DNA of 64,000 nucleotides from positions 41,664,001 to 41,728,000 of the forward strand of contig NC_042997.1 in assembly GCF_006345805.1 (NCBI RefSeq), in the 5' to 3' direction. The notes beneath the pieces are model-generated. The model saw only the letters and a list, made by a program, of their open reading frames with translations, was not told where the DNA came from and ran no database searches. The position numbers and the translations under genes were made by a program. Below, piece by piece: positions 13,036 to 27,130 of this stretch. Position 1 is the first letter of the stretch. Each line of letters starts with the position of its first letter. The DNA comes from Octopus sinensis. Taxonomy: Eukaryota.

Positions 13036-13097
<62 letters not shown>
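11190..13097. repeat. Tandem array of a ~270-305 bp unit containing (TG)n and (TA)n; about 6 full copies plus a partial
   Basis: Core TCTTGCGTATATGAATGCACC...TTTCTTGGTTTTG recurs near 11420, 11690, 11985, 12290, 12585 and 12875. Confidence 0.95.
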
Positions 13098-13100
<3 letters not shown>

Positions 13101-14075
13101 GCGCTTGGCTTAGATTTCCCTTGGCGGGCTGGCCATATCGGAGCAATCTCAAGATTAATCAGCCGAAATTGCTAAGATGATCTGGTTCTTGACTGATGAC
13201 TGAGGGCTTCGAATGTCCCGTCCTGTGGTTCTTGTGTCGTCTCTGTGGTGTTTCATGTTCTTGTCCATGTCTGTAATTATTTTTACTGTTTACCTATATA
13301 ATCGGCGGCTACGTATCCACAATTGTCCTTATACGATAAGTATATTTTTTCTCTAGCATTGATACGACTCTTAATCTGTCTCTTTTTCTCTCACTCTCTC
13401 CTCCCTTATTCCCCTTCCTTTCTTTCACTCTCCATCCGTCTCCCCCCCTTCTACGTTTCTCTATCTCTCTCACCTCCAGCCCCCTCGATCTGTCTCTTTC
13501 TTCTCCTCCCTCGTCCACCTTCTCTCTCTTTTCATCTGTCCCTTTCTCCTGTCTTTTGTTCTCACGTGACCGCTAGCCGCTGTTGAGCGCTCTTTTCGTT
13601 TTCAGCAGCCGCAGAAGCAACACGTATTTGTTCGTCTCCCCGTGGCCATTAGGCACAACTTCACAAGCCAGCCCCATACTCAACTCGTCCTGTCGAAAGA
13701 CCCTTGTCCTACGTCCTGGTTTTGTTTTGTTGTTTATTTTTTATTTTTACCGTTATTGTTTTTACGTTTTTGTATTCTTATTGGTGTCACGTATTCTGTA
13801 TTTTTGTTTGTGTACTTCGTTCGTTTTCCGTCCTTTCGTTGTATACATTCGAAGCTTTCTTCCAGGGGATCTAATGCGCTTGGCTTAGATTTCCCTTGGC
13901 GGGCTGGCCATATCGGAGCAATCTCAAGATTAATCAGCCGAAATTGCTAAGATGATCTGGTTCTTGACTGATGACTGAGGGCTTCGAATGTCCCGTCCTG
14001 TGGTTCTTGTGTCGTCTCTGTGGTGTTTCATGTTCTTGTCCATGTCTGTAATTATTTTTACTGTTTACCTATATA
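13097..14075 (+). mobile_element. Partial-tandem repeat element (A-B-A; A = 204 bp) inserted in (TA)n
   Basis: 13097-13300 is repeated at 13872-14075. Layout resembles a PLE partial tandem or a split direct repeat; no ORF. Confidence 0.5.
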
Positions 14076-14113
14076 TATATATACATATACATACATACAT
14101 ACATACATATGCA

Positions 14114-14152
<39 letters not shown>

Positions 14153-14919
14153 CGATGGACTGGTGTCCCATCCGGCTGGGGAACACATACGCCATAGAAA
14201 CCGGGAAACTGGGAAACCGGGCCCATGAGCCTGTCTAGGCTTTAAAAGGGCATATGTTCTTTTATATATACGTATATATATGGGTGTACATTGATTTTAT
14301 ATCCTTAAGAAGATTTATGCAATACTGGCTGAGGAGCCCATCATTGCCAGGCAATGTTTACAATAGAATGTCTTGTATAAATTTTTGTTTATTCCCTGTC
14401 CGGCCATGCCTTCCCTGACAGATAGGCCTCTTGATCAGGACAGATTTGTGCAATTTTTCGCAGAAAGATTTTGTTGAGGATTTTTCTCCTTTCTAAATTA
14501 TTTGCATGTATGTTCACCTGTTTCACATGACTTTATTCGTTAAAACTTATTAAAACTTCATCCGTTCTTACAACTTTAGTCGTTGTAATGCTTTGCTTTC
14601 GTTTGTTTAACAAAAAATTCTTCCTCTTAATGATTTTGCTTTCATTTCGTGATAGCTGTCATGCAGAAAACGCCAGCTTCCAAATCCTGTTTTCTGATTA
14701 GGTAAAACTGATTAAACTTTAAACTTCAGTAGCATTTTACTGCAATTTTTCTGAAACAGATAAATAACAAAATCGGATTTAATGTGGAAAAATATTTCAA
14801 TATATCAAATTTGAAAATTTTGATGTAATTTTAAAATTTCACATGGGACAGCATCAGGGAAGATCCCACAAAAGTAAAGAGACAAACAAATAAAGGACGT
14901 GACACACACACATACACAC

Positions 14920-17560
14920 ATCATCTTCATCATCATCATCATCATCATCGATTAGCATCTGCTTTTCATGCTGGCATGGGTTGGACGGTTTGACAGGGGA
15001 CTGGCAAACCAGGAGGCTGCAGATCCAATCTGATCGGGCAAGGTTTCTACAGCTGGATGCCCTTCCTAACACCAACCACTCTGAGAGTGTAGTGGGTGCT
15101 TTTTATGTGCCACCGGCACAGGAGTCAGTCAGGTGAGCCTGTCAATCATCATGTTCCGATGGTGCATTTTATGTGCCACCGGCACAGGAGCCAGTCAGGT
15201 GAGCCTGTCAATGATTATGTTCAGATGTTCCTTTTTATGTGCCACCGGCACAGGAGCCAGTCAGGTGAGCCTGTCAATGATCATGTTCATATGGTGCCAT
15301 TTATGTTCCACCGGCACAGGAGTCAGTCAGGTGAGCCTGTCAATGATCAAGTTCAGATGGTGAATTTTGTGTGCCACCGGCACAGGAGCCAGTCAGGTGA
15401 GCCTGTCAATGATTATGTTCAGATGGTGCTTTTTATGTGCCACTGGAACAGGAGCGAGTCAGGTGAGCCTGTCGGTGATCATGTTCAGATGGTGCTCTTT
15501 ATGTCCCACCGGCACAGGAGTCAATCACGTGAGCCTGTCAATGATCATGTTCAGATGCTGCTTCTTGTGTGCCACCGGCACAGGAGCCAGTCAGGTGAGA
15601 CTGTCAGTGATCATGTACCGATAATGCTCCTTGTGTGCCACCGGCACAGGAGTCAGTCACGTGAGCCTGTCAATGATTATGTACAGATGGTGATCCTTGT
15701 GTGCCACCAGCACAGGAGTCAGTCACGTGAGCCTGTCAATGATCATGTTCAGATAGTGCTTTTTATGTGCCACCGGCACAGGAGACAGTCAGGTGAGACT
15801 GTCAATGATCATGTTCAGATGCTGCTTCTTGTGTGCCACCGACACAGGATCCAGTCAGGTGAGCCTGTCAATGATCATGTACAAGTGGTGTATTTTATGT
15901 GCCACCGGCACAGGAGCCAGTCAGGTGAGCCTCTCAATGATCATGTTCAGATGGTGCTTCTTGTGTGCCAACGGCACAGGAGCCAGTCAGGTGAATCACT
16001 CATTGGATCATGTTCAGATGGTGTTTTTTATGTGCCACCGGCACAGGAGCCAGTCAGGTGAGCCTGTCAATGATCATGTTCAGATGGTCCTTTTTATGTG
16101 CCACCGGCACAGGAGCCAGTCAGGTGAGCTTGTCAATGATCATGTTCAGATGGTGCCTTTTATGTGCCACTGGCACAGGAGCCAGTCAGGTGAGCCTGTC
16201 AATGATCATATTCAGATGGTGCTTCTTGTGTGCCACCGGCACAGGAGCCAGTCAGGTGAGTCACTCATTGATCATGTTCAGATGGTGCTTCTTGTGTGCC
16301 ACTGGCACAGGAGCCAGTCAGGTGAGTCACTCATTGATCATGTTCAGATGGTCCTTTTTATGTGCCACCGGCACAGGAGCCAGTCAGGTGAGACTGTGAA
16401 TGATCATGTTCATATGGTGCCATTTATGTTCCACCGGCACAGGAGTCAGTCAGGTGAGCCTGTCAATGATCAAGTTCAGATGTTGAATTTTGTGTGCCAC
16501 CGGCACAGGAGCCAGTCGGGTGAGCCTGTCAATGATCAAGTTCAGATGGTACTTTTTATGACCCACCGGCACAGGAGCCAGTCAGGTGAGCCTGTCAATG
16601 ATCATGTTCAGATGGTGCCTTTTATGTGCCACCGGCACAGGAGCCAGTCAGGTGAACCTGTCAATGATCATGTTCAAATGGTGCATTTTATGTGCCACCG
16701 GCACAGGAGCCAGTCAGGTGAGCCTGTCAATGATCATGTTCAGATGGTCCTTTTTATATGCCACCGGCACAGGAGCCAGTCAGGTGAGCCTGTCAATGAT
16801 CATGTTCAGATGGTTTTTTATGTGCCACCGGCACAGGAGCCAGTCAGGTGAGCTTATCAATGATCATGTTCAGATGGTGTCTTTTATGTGCCACCGCCAC
16901 AGGAGCCAGTCAGGTGAGCCTGTCAATGATCATGTTCAGATGCTGCTTCTTGTGTGCCACCGGCACAGGAGCCAGTCAGGTGAGTCACTCATTGATCATG
17001 TTCAGATGGTGCTTCTTGTGTGCCACCGGCACAGGAGCCAGTCAGGTGAGCCTGTCAATGATCATGTTCTGATGGTGCATTTTATGTGCCACCGGCACAG
17101 GAGCCAGTCAGGTGAGCCTGTCAATGATCATGTTCAGATGGTCCTTTTTATGTGCTACCGTCACAGGAGCCAATCAGGTGAGCCTGTCAATGATCATATT
17201 CAGATGTTGAATTTTGTGTGCCACCGGCACAGGAGCCAGTCAGGTGAGCCTGTCAATGATCATGTTCAGATGGTGCCTTTTATGTGCCACTGGCACAGGA
17301 GCCAGTCAGGTGAGCCTGTCAATGATCATGTTCAGATGGTGCTTTTTATGTGCCACCGGCACAAGAGCCAGTCAGGTGAGCCTGTCAATGATCATGTTCA
17401 GATGATCATGTTCAGGAGCCAGTCAGGGCTGGGGTACTGGCATCAGATATGATTGGCTGGTGCTTTTTACATGTCACTGGCATGGGAGTCAGTAAGATAG
17501 ACACGGCATTGACCACGTTCAGATGGTACTTTTTACATACCACTCTCCCAGTTGCCAGTC
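14920..17560 (-). mobile_element. RTE-type 3' UTR carrying an expanded minisatellite
   Basis: (CAT)n tail at 14920-14950, then the TTTCATGCTGGCATGGGTTGGACGG...TTTCTACAGCTGGATGCCC segment, which matches the RTE tail at 58770-58897 in reverse. Confidence 0.75.
15100..17410. repeat. 66-bp minisatellite, about 35 copies
   Basis: Unit TTTTATGTGCCACCGGCACAGGAGCCAGTCAGGTGAGCCTGTCAATGATCATGTTCAGATGGTGCA with variants. Confidence 0.97.
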
Positions 17561-18124
17561 GGGGGTGCACATTTACAAATGTACACACAGGTAATCACAA
17601 GTTTAAAATGGTGTATAGTAGACATAAGTATGTACATATGTGTGTGTGTATATGTGTGTGTGTAGTATGTATCTGTATTTACGAAAGTGTGTATGCAGCG
17701 TTGTATGTATATCCATGAATGACTGCTGTAATAATGTTATCATCCCACTGCCACTCCATATTTGTCGCTTTCACAATGCTGTTTTCCCCTTCCTTGCTCT
17801 AACCCACACTCACTATGCCGCCACATTTCCCTCACACTCACACTCTTTGCACCCTTTTCATTTTATCAAATAATAGTCCAACTCACCTAAGAGACCCAAT
17901 ATATATTTTTATTGAAATCCATTTAGCCTATAATTGAACTGGATTTTTAACATATATGTAAAATTTTGTCAAGCATGGTTCACTCATGTAGGTAGCAAGG
18001 TGGTAACAAAGAGACAGAAATTGCCACTTATGTATAAGATCTATTACATAAATAATAATAGTTACGAAACAGCTGTCAGCAAATGGAGCAACACCCTCAC
18101 TTCTCTTATCTGTTCTATTCATAC

Positions 18125-18932
<808 letters not shown>

Positions 18933-19121
18933 CTGGACAGACAGACGCAAGTCAAATGGGCTCCACGTAAGTTGGTAATTTTGTACGTTCAAAAGTGTAT
19001 ATTGACAAATATTTTGTGTTTAAAAGTTGTGCAACAACATCCACTGCAAACGTTTGATAATTATTTACACAAAAAATTCTCATAGCCGTCGTGGTTTCAT
19101 TTAGCCATTTTATTTTCAAAA

Positions 19122-20896
19122 ATGGCCACTGGTCACCACGAGGCTGAGGTGCAAGTCAAGCGTGACGCAGAGACAAAAAAAACAGGATGCCCTGTTAGCA
19201 TACGCTGAACCTGACAACAACACCACCACCACCACCATCAGCATCGACAACAGCAACAACTATAAAACAAAGGCCGTAAGGCCAAGCACCGTCACCACCA
19301 TCAACACCGACACCACCACCATAGCAGCTTCTGCTACGACAACTGACAACACCACCACCACCACCATCAGCATCGACAACAGCAACAACTATAAAACAAA
19401 GGTCGTAAGGCCAAGCACCGTCACCACCATCAACACCGACACCACCACCATAGCAGCTTCTGCTACGACAACTGCTTCCTCTACCAACAACAACAAAACC
19501 AAGGTCACCGACACCCTCCTTGACAACGCTTACGACGTTGAGTTCCCCACACTGCTTTTACCACAATCTCATAAAGCAGGGGAAATGGGGGAAAACAACA
19601 CGAACGCAAATGTGAGCATGAACGCTAACATCGCGACCTCCACTCAAAAACTGGTAAACAACCCGACTTCACAGGTTACTACTACGACGAACGACTCTGC
19701 CACAAACATCACCACCACCACCACCACCACCTCCCCAAAAAACAATTTCGCGGAAGCCATACGACCGAAAAGAAGAATCCTAAAATTTACTCACCAACAA
19801 ATACAAGACACAAAGTCCTTGCTCACCAAAGAAGGCGACACAATACATTTAAATATTCCACGGAACATCATAGAAGAAACACAAAAGAAGACCATCATTT
19901 ACAGAATACTCAACACCAAAACAAAAAGACCAGAAAGCCTACCTAAAGAAAAAATTGAGAAGTGCCTCTCTTCTGTGTGGAAATTGCGAAATTATGTGAA
20001 TTGGGGAAGTAAATTTGCTACCGTGCAAGTTCGCTTCCATACGGAAGAACTAGCAAAAAGGTTTTCAACCCTTACTCTGCGCACAGACCAGGTAACAATG
20101 GTACCTAGCTACCTTGGGCGCAGAATTACGAAAGTCACAATAAATAATGTGCCGCCAATGGTGGATACCCAGTGGCTGGTATCGGCCATCTGCTTCGATA
20201 TAGAAGAAGCAGATATTTTAGAAACAGCTGACATTCCAGAGGAAAGCTGGACTGGTAAAAAAACTCGAAATATTGCTTCAAATCTCCCAAGAAGCAATAA
20301 ACAATTTACCAGCCTGTGTTCAACTGGCAAACGACGAAAAATTGTATGTAGTGGTGGAGAGCAGGAGACCAAGATGCTATTTATGCAACAGTGAGGCACA
20401 CTTTAGATACGAGTGCCCAACTGCTGTCAGAAATAGGCAACAGCAACCACTCCCCAAACCTGGAAGGAAACCCCTGCTACCCACACCTCCTTCAACCCAA
20501 AAGACAGGAAAAACAGCGGACGATACAAAAACTGTTTCCCCCTCACCAACCACATCACCAAGAGGAGAATTACCTCCGACATCGCAAACAACAAAAGAAG
20601 CAACATCACCACCAACATCAAAAGACATACCAACACCAACACCAGCACCAAGAACAACAACCAAAAAAACAAATAACAATGACGAAAAGACAAATTCTGT
20701 CCCTAACACCCCAACAACACAAACACCACACAAAACAACAACACCTTCTACAAACACACATATAGATCCAAACGCTTTGCCTCTACCCTCTTCTGATTCG
20801 GACTCGTCGTCCAACGACGAAAGTTCGACGGAATGGCAAATAGCCACAGGGGGTAAAAGGAAAAGACCCCCAAAAAACAAGGAAAACGCAACCTGA
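19122..20896 (+). pseudogene. LINE ORF1 (gag-like; CCHC knuckle; Thr-rich linkers), frameshifted
   Basis: Probable ATG at 19122; track ORFs 19162-20394 and 20273-20896; CYLCNSEAHFRYEC knuckle; frameshifts in A runs. Confidence 0.8.
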
Positions 20897-21287
20897 ACTC
20901 TGAAAGCTCCATACACAACCAAACATGCACCATCACCACAAAAACACACACAATGCTATCAGCGATAGACACAAAAGACTCCAAACTAATGGAGTACATC
21001 ACAGGCTACACAAACATCTGTGAAGATGACTTCAAAACTAACAACCATCCACGCACTACACCACCCAAACACATCAAAATACTACACATCACACAAACAC
21101 AACACCACAAACTCAAAGCCCGCTTCCCAAATGCTGTAGGGGGTTTCCAAAAATATCTTTCCCAAAAACTTTATAAAAGCCTCCTCCAAGACACATCAAA
21201 GAACGAGGAAGCCAAAACTTTCGACACAAGTAAGTAACTCTCTGTACTTTCCTTTTTGTGTTTTAAAGCACACACCCCAATAGAATC

Positions 21288-24200
21288 ATGGTCAAGATTG
21301 GTTGTGTGAATGCGCGTGGCTTGGGGTCTCCTTGGAAACAAGGATACCTCCTAAATGACATCAAGTCACACGATTTGGGAATCATAGCCATAAGTGAGAC
21401 CAGACTCCACGAGCCACGGGCCCTAAAGTCCATGTTTGGCGGACAGTTTAACATTTATTTTGCTCCCTGTCTGCCGAGGATGGACGGTAGTGGCACCACG
21501 GTACTTTTTCACAAGAGCCTGGATCTCGAAGTCAAGATGATATTCGTAGACCCGGAGGGTAGACTGGTCGTTCTGGATGTCGACAGCAGCAATGGGTTGG
21601 CTTTTCGACTCGTATCAGTCTATGCACCGCCTTTAACAGGTCGGCCGGATTTCTTTCGACGTCTAGAAGTATTCCCGGGAACGTCTCGTCCTTTACTTTC
21701 AGTGGGGGATTGGAATGCTACCTTGGACACGCATCTAGACTATGTGGGGAGAGGCAAAAACAGAAGGGGATGCAAATGCCTCAGAGACCTGCTCAGACGA
21801 TTCCAACTGTCTGACAGGTACCGACTCGACCACCCAAATGCACCAACGTGGACATGGAGCAACCGCAGTGGGTCGTCGAGATCGTATCTAGATAGGATAC
21901 TGTGTAGGACAGTAGACAAGGATAACTTAGGATGTCCACAATTCCATACAGTCAGCTACACGGATCACAAATTCGTGACGTGTACGCTAGACTTAGATAA
22001 GGCACATAGACAGGGTCCTGGTTACTGGAAACTGAATGCATCATTCCCGTACAGACAAGTTTTCAGAGACAGAATCAACACGTTAGTAAAAAGGGCTTTA
22101 ACGGGAGCCATTGTCAACAACAAATGGTGGTTCGCCCTCAAGAGAGCAGTAAAAGCGGAAGCAATAAGATATAGCAAAGCACTAGCCGTAGATAGAAATA
22201 GAGTAGAGGGTGAGTTAGTTAAGAAGTTAGAAGAGGCAATAAGAAGCGGCATCACACCCGACGTTTTGGCAGCAAGGTTGGCCCTTGACCAACACTTCAA
22301 CGCCAAACACGAAGGGTGTGCTGTCAGGGCTAGGATGCGGGCTCTAAGGATGGAAGGTGTTGGAGCCGCGAGGGAGGCTCGGGTGGCGGAAGCGCAGCAG
22401 GGCAACAAAGCCACCATTCGGTCTCTGGTAGATGAACAAGGGCGCGAATTGCTCGAGCCCAGCAAGATGTGCGAGACATTTCAGCGGCACTTTGCCCGAC
22501 TGTACGGGACGAGTGGTGAGCGTGAACGCAGGGTGGACTTCAGTGCCTACCTGCACAGCCTACCACGACTCTCGGCAAGAGATGCAGAGTGCTGCGAAGG
22601 TGCCATCACGGCGGCGGATGTGCAGGACGCGATGGCAGAATGCTTGAGAGACAAATCGCCGGGTTTGGATGGTCTGCCCTACGAGTTTTACAATTGTATG
22701 CCAGACTTGTTTGGAGACGTCTTGGCAGCGGTATACTGCAACTGGCAGCAAAACGGGAGCATACCCGGTTTTGTGAGTCGAGGAGCTGTAACACTGCTGA
22801 AGAAAGATCCAAACAAGGGGAACATTATAGATAACTTTAGACCAATCACTCTGCTCAATGCAGACCTGAAAATTTTGACAAAGGTGTTAGCCAAGAGGTT
22901 GGTGCTTGTCATCGAGAAACTGGTCGACAACGCACAAACGTGCACCGTGCCGGGCCGGAGCATCCATGACAACCTCCATCTGATGCGCTACATCATAGAC
23001 AGGGTAGTTAACGAACCTGGCATGGGTGGGGCCCTGATCAACTTTGATCAATCGAAAGCCTTCGATAGGGTAGACCATCGATACTTGGAGACGGTCCTCA
23101 GAGCGGCAGGCTTCGGTCCTGTCTTCCGCGGCTGGATAGCCGCTTTGTACAGAGGCATCCGTTCGGTAATTCGCGTGAATGGACATCTATCGAGACCCTT
23201 CAACATCGCACGTTCGGTCCGTCAGGGATGGCCCCTCTCGTCGCTTCTATACGTATTGACTCTCGAGCCATTATTGTGGAAGCTGGCAACTTTGAGGGGC
23301 ATCCCGCGAGAACTGGGATGCGGGACGAGCGTGTCTGCATACGCGGACGACGTCACCGTCATAGTGTCTAGCCACGAGCACATCGAGCAGGTCGGCGAGA
23401 CACTGAAAAACTACGAAGCGGTGACAGGAGCGAAAATCAACCGGGAAAAGTCAGTGGGCTTGCGACTAGGCACCTGGAGAAGCAAGCCCATGCCGTCCAC
23501 CAGCGCCTCCGTCGTGGGACGCTGGACCGACGGCCCGGTTGAGTTGCTCGGGGTCTGGTTTGGTCCGGACCTCCAAGTGGAGAAGAACTGGAACGAGATA
23601 ACGAGTAGGGTGGTCACTCTCGCCCGGCAATGGGCCGAGAGGAAACTGTCCCTAAAAGGTCGGGCGGAGGTGGCGAACACGTACATCGCGTCCGTCATCT
23701 ACTACCGCCTGACCGTCGTACCTTGTCCCGACCCTACCATCACCAAACTACAAACGCATTCTCTTTCGCTTCTTGTGGAAAGGATGCGTCCCGATGGTCA
23801 GGTGATCCATTTGCTGTCAACACCCGCTAAAAGGAGGGCTGGGCATGCCGTGGTTGATGATGCGCAGACACGCGCTGAGACTGCGACATCTCTGGCTCTA
23901 TGTAGACGACGGTGAACAGGTGTGGTCGCCGTTTGTGAGGCACGCTTTCCCGCAGCTCGTCTCCATGACCGAACTGCAGTCGTGGATCAAAAAGAGGCCG
24001 AGGAAGGGCGATTGGCACCGCGAGTGTCGCGTTGCTCTCAAGCAACTCTGCCGTCCCGGGTCGACCTTGAGTGACTTCAACACAACCAAAGCATTCTATA
24101 GGGGATTAGTGGAGGGGAGGTACGACGACGATCTCGGGGCAAACCTGGGCGTCGACGAGGAATACCTGACCCGCCTGTTTCAAACGACTTTCGGCCCGGG

Positions 24201-24726
24201 ACCTATGGACAACTTCCAGAGATCCCTGGCCTGGCGGTGCTGCCGAGAAGCGCTACCCGTTCGGGATAAGCTCTATAGACATGGCTCGAGAAACACGGGG
24301 CCGACCTGCCCGAGATGCGGGCAGAGCGACGAAACCGCTCTGCACGCAATCGTGCAGTGTCCAACAATTTCCGACCCGTGGCCTTATGTCGAACGACTGC
24401 TGTCACGTGTAGGACGTGCCGGTCTATCAGCCGAGTCTACCATTAATATCGTCACGCCTCCTTCCTTCAAACGGGAAGGAAGAGCTATTTTTATCATACT
24501 TGTGGCTATGGCGAAAGAATGTATCTGGTGGACGCGCCTGAAAGGATTAGAGGCAAACACTTTCCTCTCTGGTCAATCTCTCATCAACTTCTTCAAGTAT
24601 CACTTGAAGAGGAAAGTGAGAGTAGAGAGGCAAGTTTTGTCTAGTGAATGTTTTAAAAAAAGATGGGTGAATGTAGCAAGGATGGCACGTATGAATGACG
24701 AAGCCACCTTGACTATGATTCTATGA
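21288..24726 (+). pseudogene. LINE ORF2: APE endonuclease, reverse transcriptase and C-terminal Cys/His domain
   Basis: CVNARGL, ISETR, GDWNA, SYLDR, TDHK; KSPGLDGLP, NFRPITLLN, KAFDRV, RQGWPLS, YADD; CPRC...H...C. Frameshift near 23750 and in-frame TGA at 23803-23805. Confidence 0.95.
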
Positions 24727-25135
24727 ACCGTAAAAATTAATACAGAGTTGCTTATTTGCAAAAAAAAAAGAAATGAAAGAAATATAACATGTGACTTCAT
24801 TGACCGAGGTTACCGTGGTCTTTTCCGTAGGCTTTTCTTTCCACGGGTAAACCTCACCTGTCCTCCCCTTTACACTTCATATTGACATTTCTGTGATTAC
24901 GATCCCTATTGATCAACTTTTTTTCCTCTCCCCCTTTTTTTTTTGTTTCCCCCCCCCCTTTTTTGTCCTCTTTCTTTCCTTTTACGATCCCTTTTGATCG
25001 ATGATCGAAAACCACCCCCCTTTTTTTTACCCCCAAAAGAAAAGCTCTATCTTGTAATTTGTTCTGTCTGTGTGCAGCCCTGTGTGGCTAATAAAGAAAC
25101 ATATCTATCTATCTATCTGTCTGTCTGTCTGTCTA

Positions 25136-25175
<40 letters not shown>

Positions 25176-25199
25176 TCTATACATATATATTTGTGTGTG

Positions 25200-25247
<48 letters not shown>

Positions 25248-25874
25248 CATACACACACATACACACATGCACTCATATATATGTATAAGCATACGAAAGT
25301 ATGTGTACTTGTGTGTGTGTGTGTCTGCTTGCAGCTGTTGACATATTTCAGTGTTATGACATAAGAGTGAGCATTAATGATTGAAGATCGATACAAGATG
25401 AATACCATCACCACCACCACCACCACCACCAACACTACCAATGACGCTGCTGCAATATAATTATTATCCTCAATTGTTAATGCATGTCCCTATCTGAGTG
25501 CGTTAGTCTGAGAAGAAAGAGAGAGAGAGAGAGAGAGACACACACACACACACAAACAGACAGATACGTGTGTGTGTGTGTGTGTGTGTGTGTGCTTGCA
25601 GGCTTGGTGAACTGCAAAATAGGACGCCAAACAGGAGTGTGTGTGTGTAGCCTACATGCCTATTTGGTCGTGATATTTATAATGGAAAATGCGTGATAAT
25701 AAAATATCCAGATGAAATTCTTTAGTTTAATAAAGATAAAGTGGTTTCAGTGCACGTGTGTCGACACGCACTTTTGGAATATAAATAATAACGTTGGCGG
25801 GAGTATTTACACATCTGTCCATCAACATTGGCATACACACACAGTACTCATGCATATAGATATTTATTGATATC

Positions 25875-26021
25875 AGGAGTGGCTATGTGGTAAGTAGCTT
25901 GCTTACGAACCACATGGTTCCGGGTTCAGTCCCACTGCGTGGCACCTTGGGCTAGTGTCTTCTACTATATCCTCGGGCTGACCAAAGCCTTGTGAAGAAG
26001 CCCGTCGTATAAATGTATTTT

Positions 26022-26092
<71 letters not shown>

Positions 26093-26317
26093 CATGTTTG
26101 TGTTTGTCCCTCCAATATCGCTTGACAACCGATGCTTAGCGGTCCCTCCAATATCGCTTGACAACCGATGCTTAACTTAGCGGTTCGGCAAAAGAGTCCG
26201 ATAGAATAAGTACCAGGCTTACAAAGAATAAGTCCTGGGGTCGATTTGCACGACTAAAGGCGATACTCCAGCATGGTCACAGTCAATTGACTGGAACAAG
26301 TTAAAGAGTAAAGAGTA
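25875..26317 (+). mobile_element. tRNA-derived SINE
   Basis: Head GGAGTGGCTATGTGGTAAGTAGC...GGTTCCGGGTTCAGTCCC and (AAGAGT)n tail; same family as 9489-9860. Confidence 0.8.
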
Positions 26318-26474
26318 ATCCTAAAAAGTTAAATTAAATTCCGGAAAATAAATGTAGAAACGATTATTTATTGTCATTTAGAATTATTTAACGTTCTCTC
26401 TCATCCCTGCGTGTTTGCAAATATTCGAACTGCCTTCCTTCATTTTCCAAACAAAGCTGATAACGTCCAGCAAT

Positions 26475-26776
26475 GGATTGTTGTTTGTTCCTTCTCGAGC
26501 CATGCCTGGCTCATAAGGGCCGGTTTCCCGGTTTCCTTGGTGTATAGGTTCCCCACCTGGATGGGACGCCGGTTCGTCGCAGGTGAGCTGCGAGAAGCAG
26601 GAGGAAAGAGTGAGAGAAAGTTGTGGCGAAAGAGTCAGCAGAGGTTTCGTCATTACCTTCTGCCGGAGCTGCGTGGAGCTTTGGTGTTTCGCTCATAAAC
26701 ACACACATTGCCCGGTCTGAGATTCGAACCCGCGATCACTCGACCGGGAGTCCGCTGCTTTAGGCCATGTGCCTCT
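26475..26776 (-). mobile_element. tRNA-derived SINE (second family)
   Basis: Head GAGGCACATGGCC...GCGGGTTCGAATCTCAGACCGGG; related to 51732-52050 and 61062-61320. Confidence 0.8.
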
Positions 26777-27063
26777 ACAACAATGGATTCGACAACATTG
26801 CCGAACATTTCATTTGGAATTGCAAGACATCGTATTCGAATTTCTTTTTTCAAATCATCAATTGTCACTGGTTTTGCAGCGTAAACCTTATCCTTGAGAT
26901 GTCCCCATAAGAAAAAAAAAAAATCCATTGGCGTGAGGTCTGGGGAACATGCAGAAAATTTAACGCTACCTCTCCTCCCAATCCATTTGTTTGGATTTGT
27001 TGCATCGAGGTAAGCCCGTACATCGTCTGTCAAAGAGTGAGTACATCTTTTTGGAACAGCCTG
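26777..27063 (-). mobile_element. Internally deleted Tc1/mariner-superfamily element (maT/rosa-like)
   Basis: TA|CAGGCTGTTCC terminus fused to WIGRRG...SPDLTPMDFF-LWGHLKDKVY; the second end is not seen. Confidence 0.7.
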
Positions 27064-27099
27064 TATATACATACACATACACGCATATACGTTATGCAT

Positions 27100-27130
<31 letters not shown>

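Larger units (their letters stand above)
18934..25100 (+). mobile_element. Near full-length L1/Tx1-like non-LTR retrotransposon
   Basis: ORF1, then APE-RT ORF2, then 3' UTR with AATAAA; (TATC)n on both sides. The 5' boundary is inferred from the end of the microsatellite. Confidence 0.92.

Noticed and set aside
13185-13225. CTGATGA...GAA as a hammerhead (also at ~13960-14000)
   Set aside because: No stem I or stem II pairing and no valid cleavage triplet in the correct order.
14335-14375. CTGAGGAGCC...GGC as a hammerhead
   Set aside because: GAAA and stem I are missing.
15100-17410. CRISPR-like appearance (palindromic repeat at regular spacing)
   Set aside because: No unique spacers, no cas genes, eukaryotic context. 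The same applies to the 140-bp array at 4671-5935.
15096-17452. His/Cys-rich 22-aa repeat proteins (MCHRHRSQSGEPVNDHVQMVLF)
   Set aside because: Open in several frames because the 66-bp unit is a multiple of 3; frames break; the array is embedded in an RTE 3' UTR.
22022-24406. Antisense and alternate-frame ORFs inside LINE ORF2 (also within 31872-35010 and the transposases)
   Set aside because: Shadow ORFs of GC-rich TE coding sequence.
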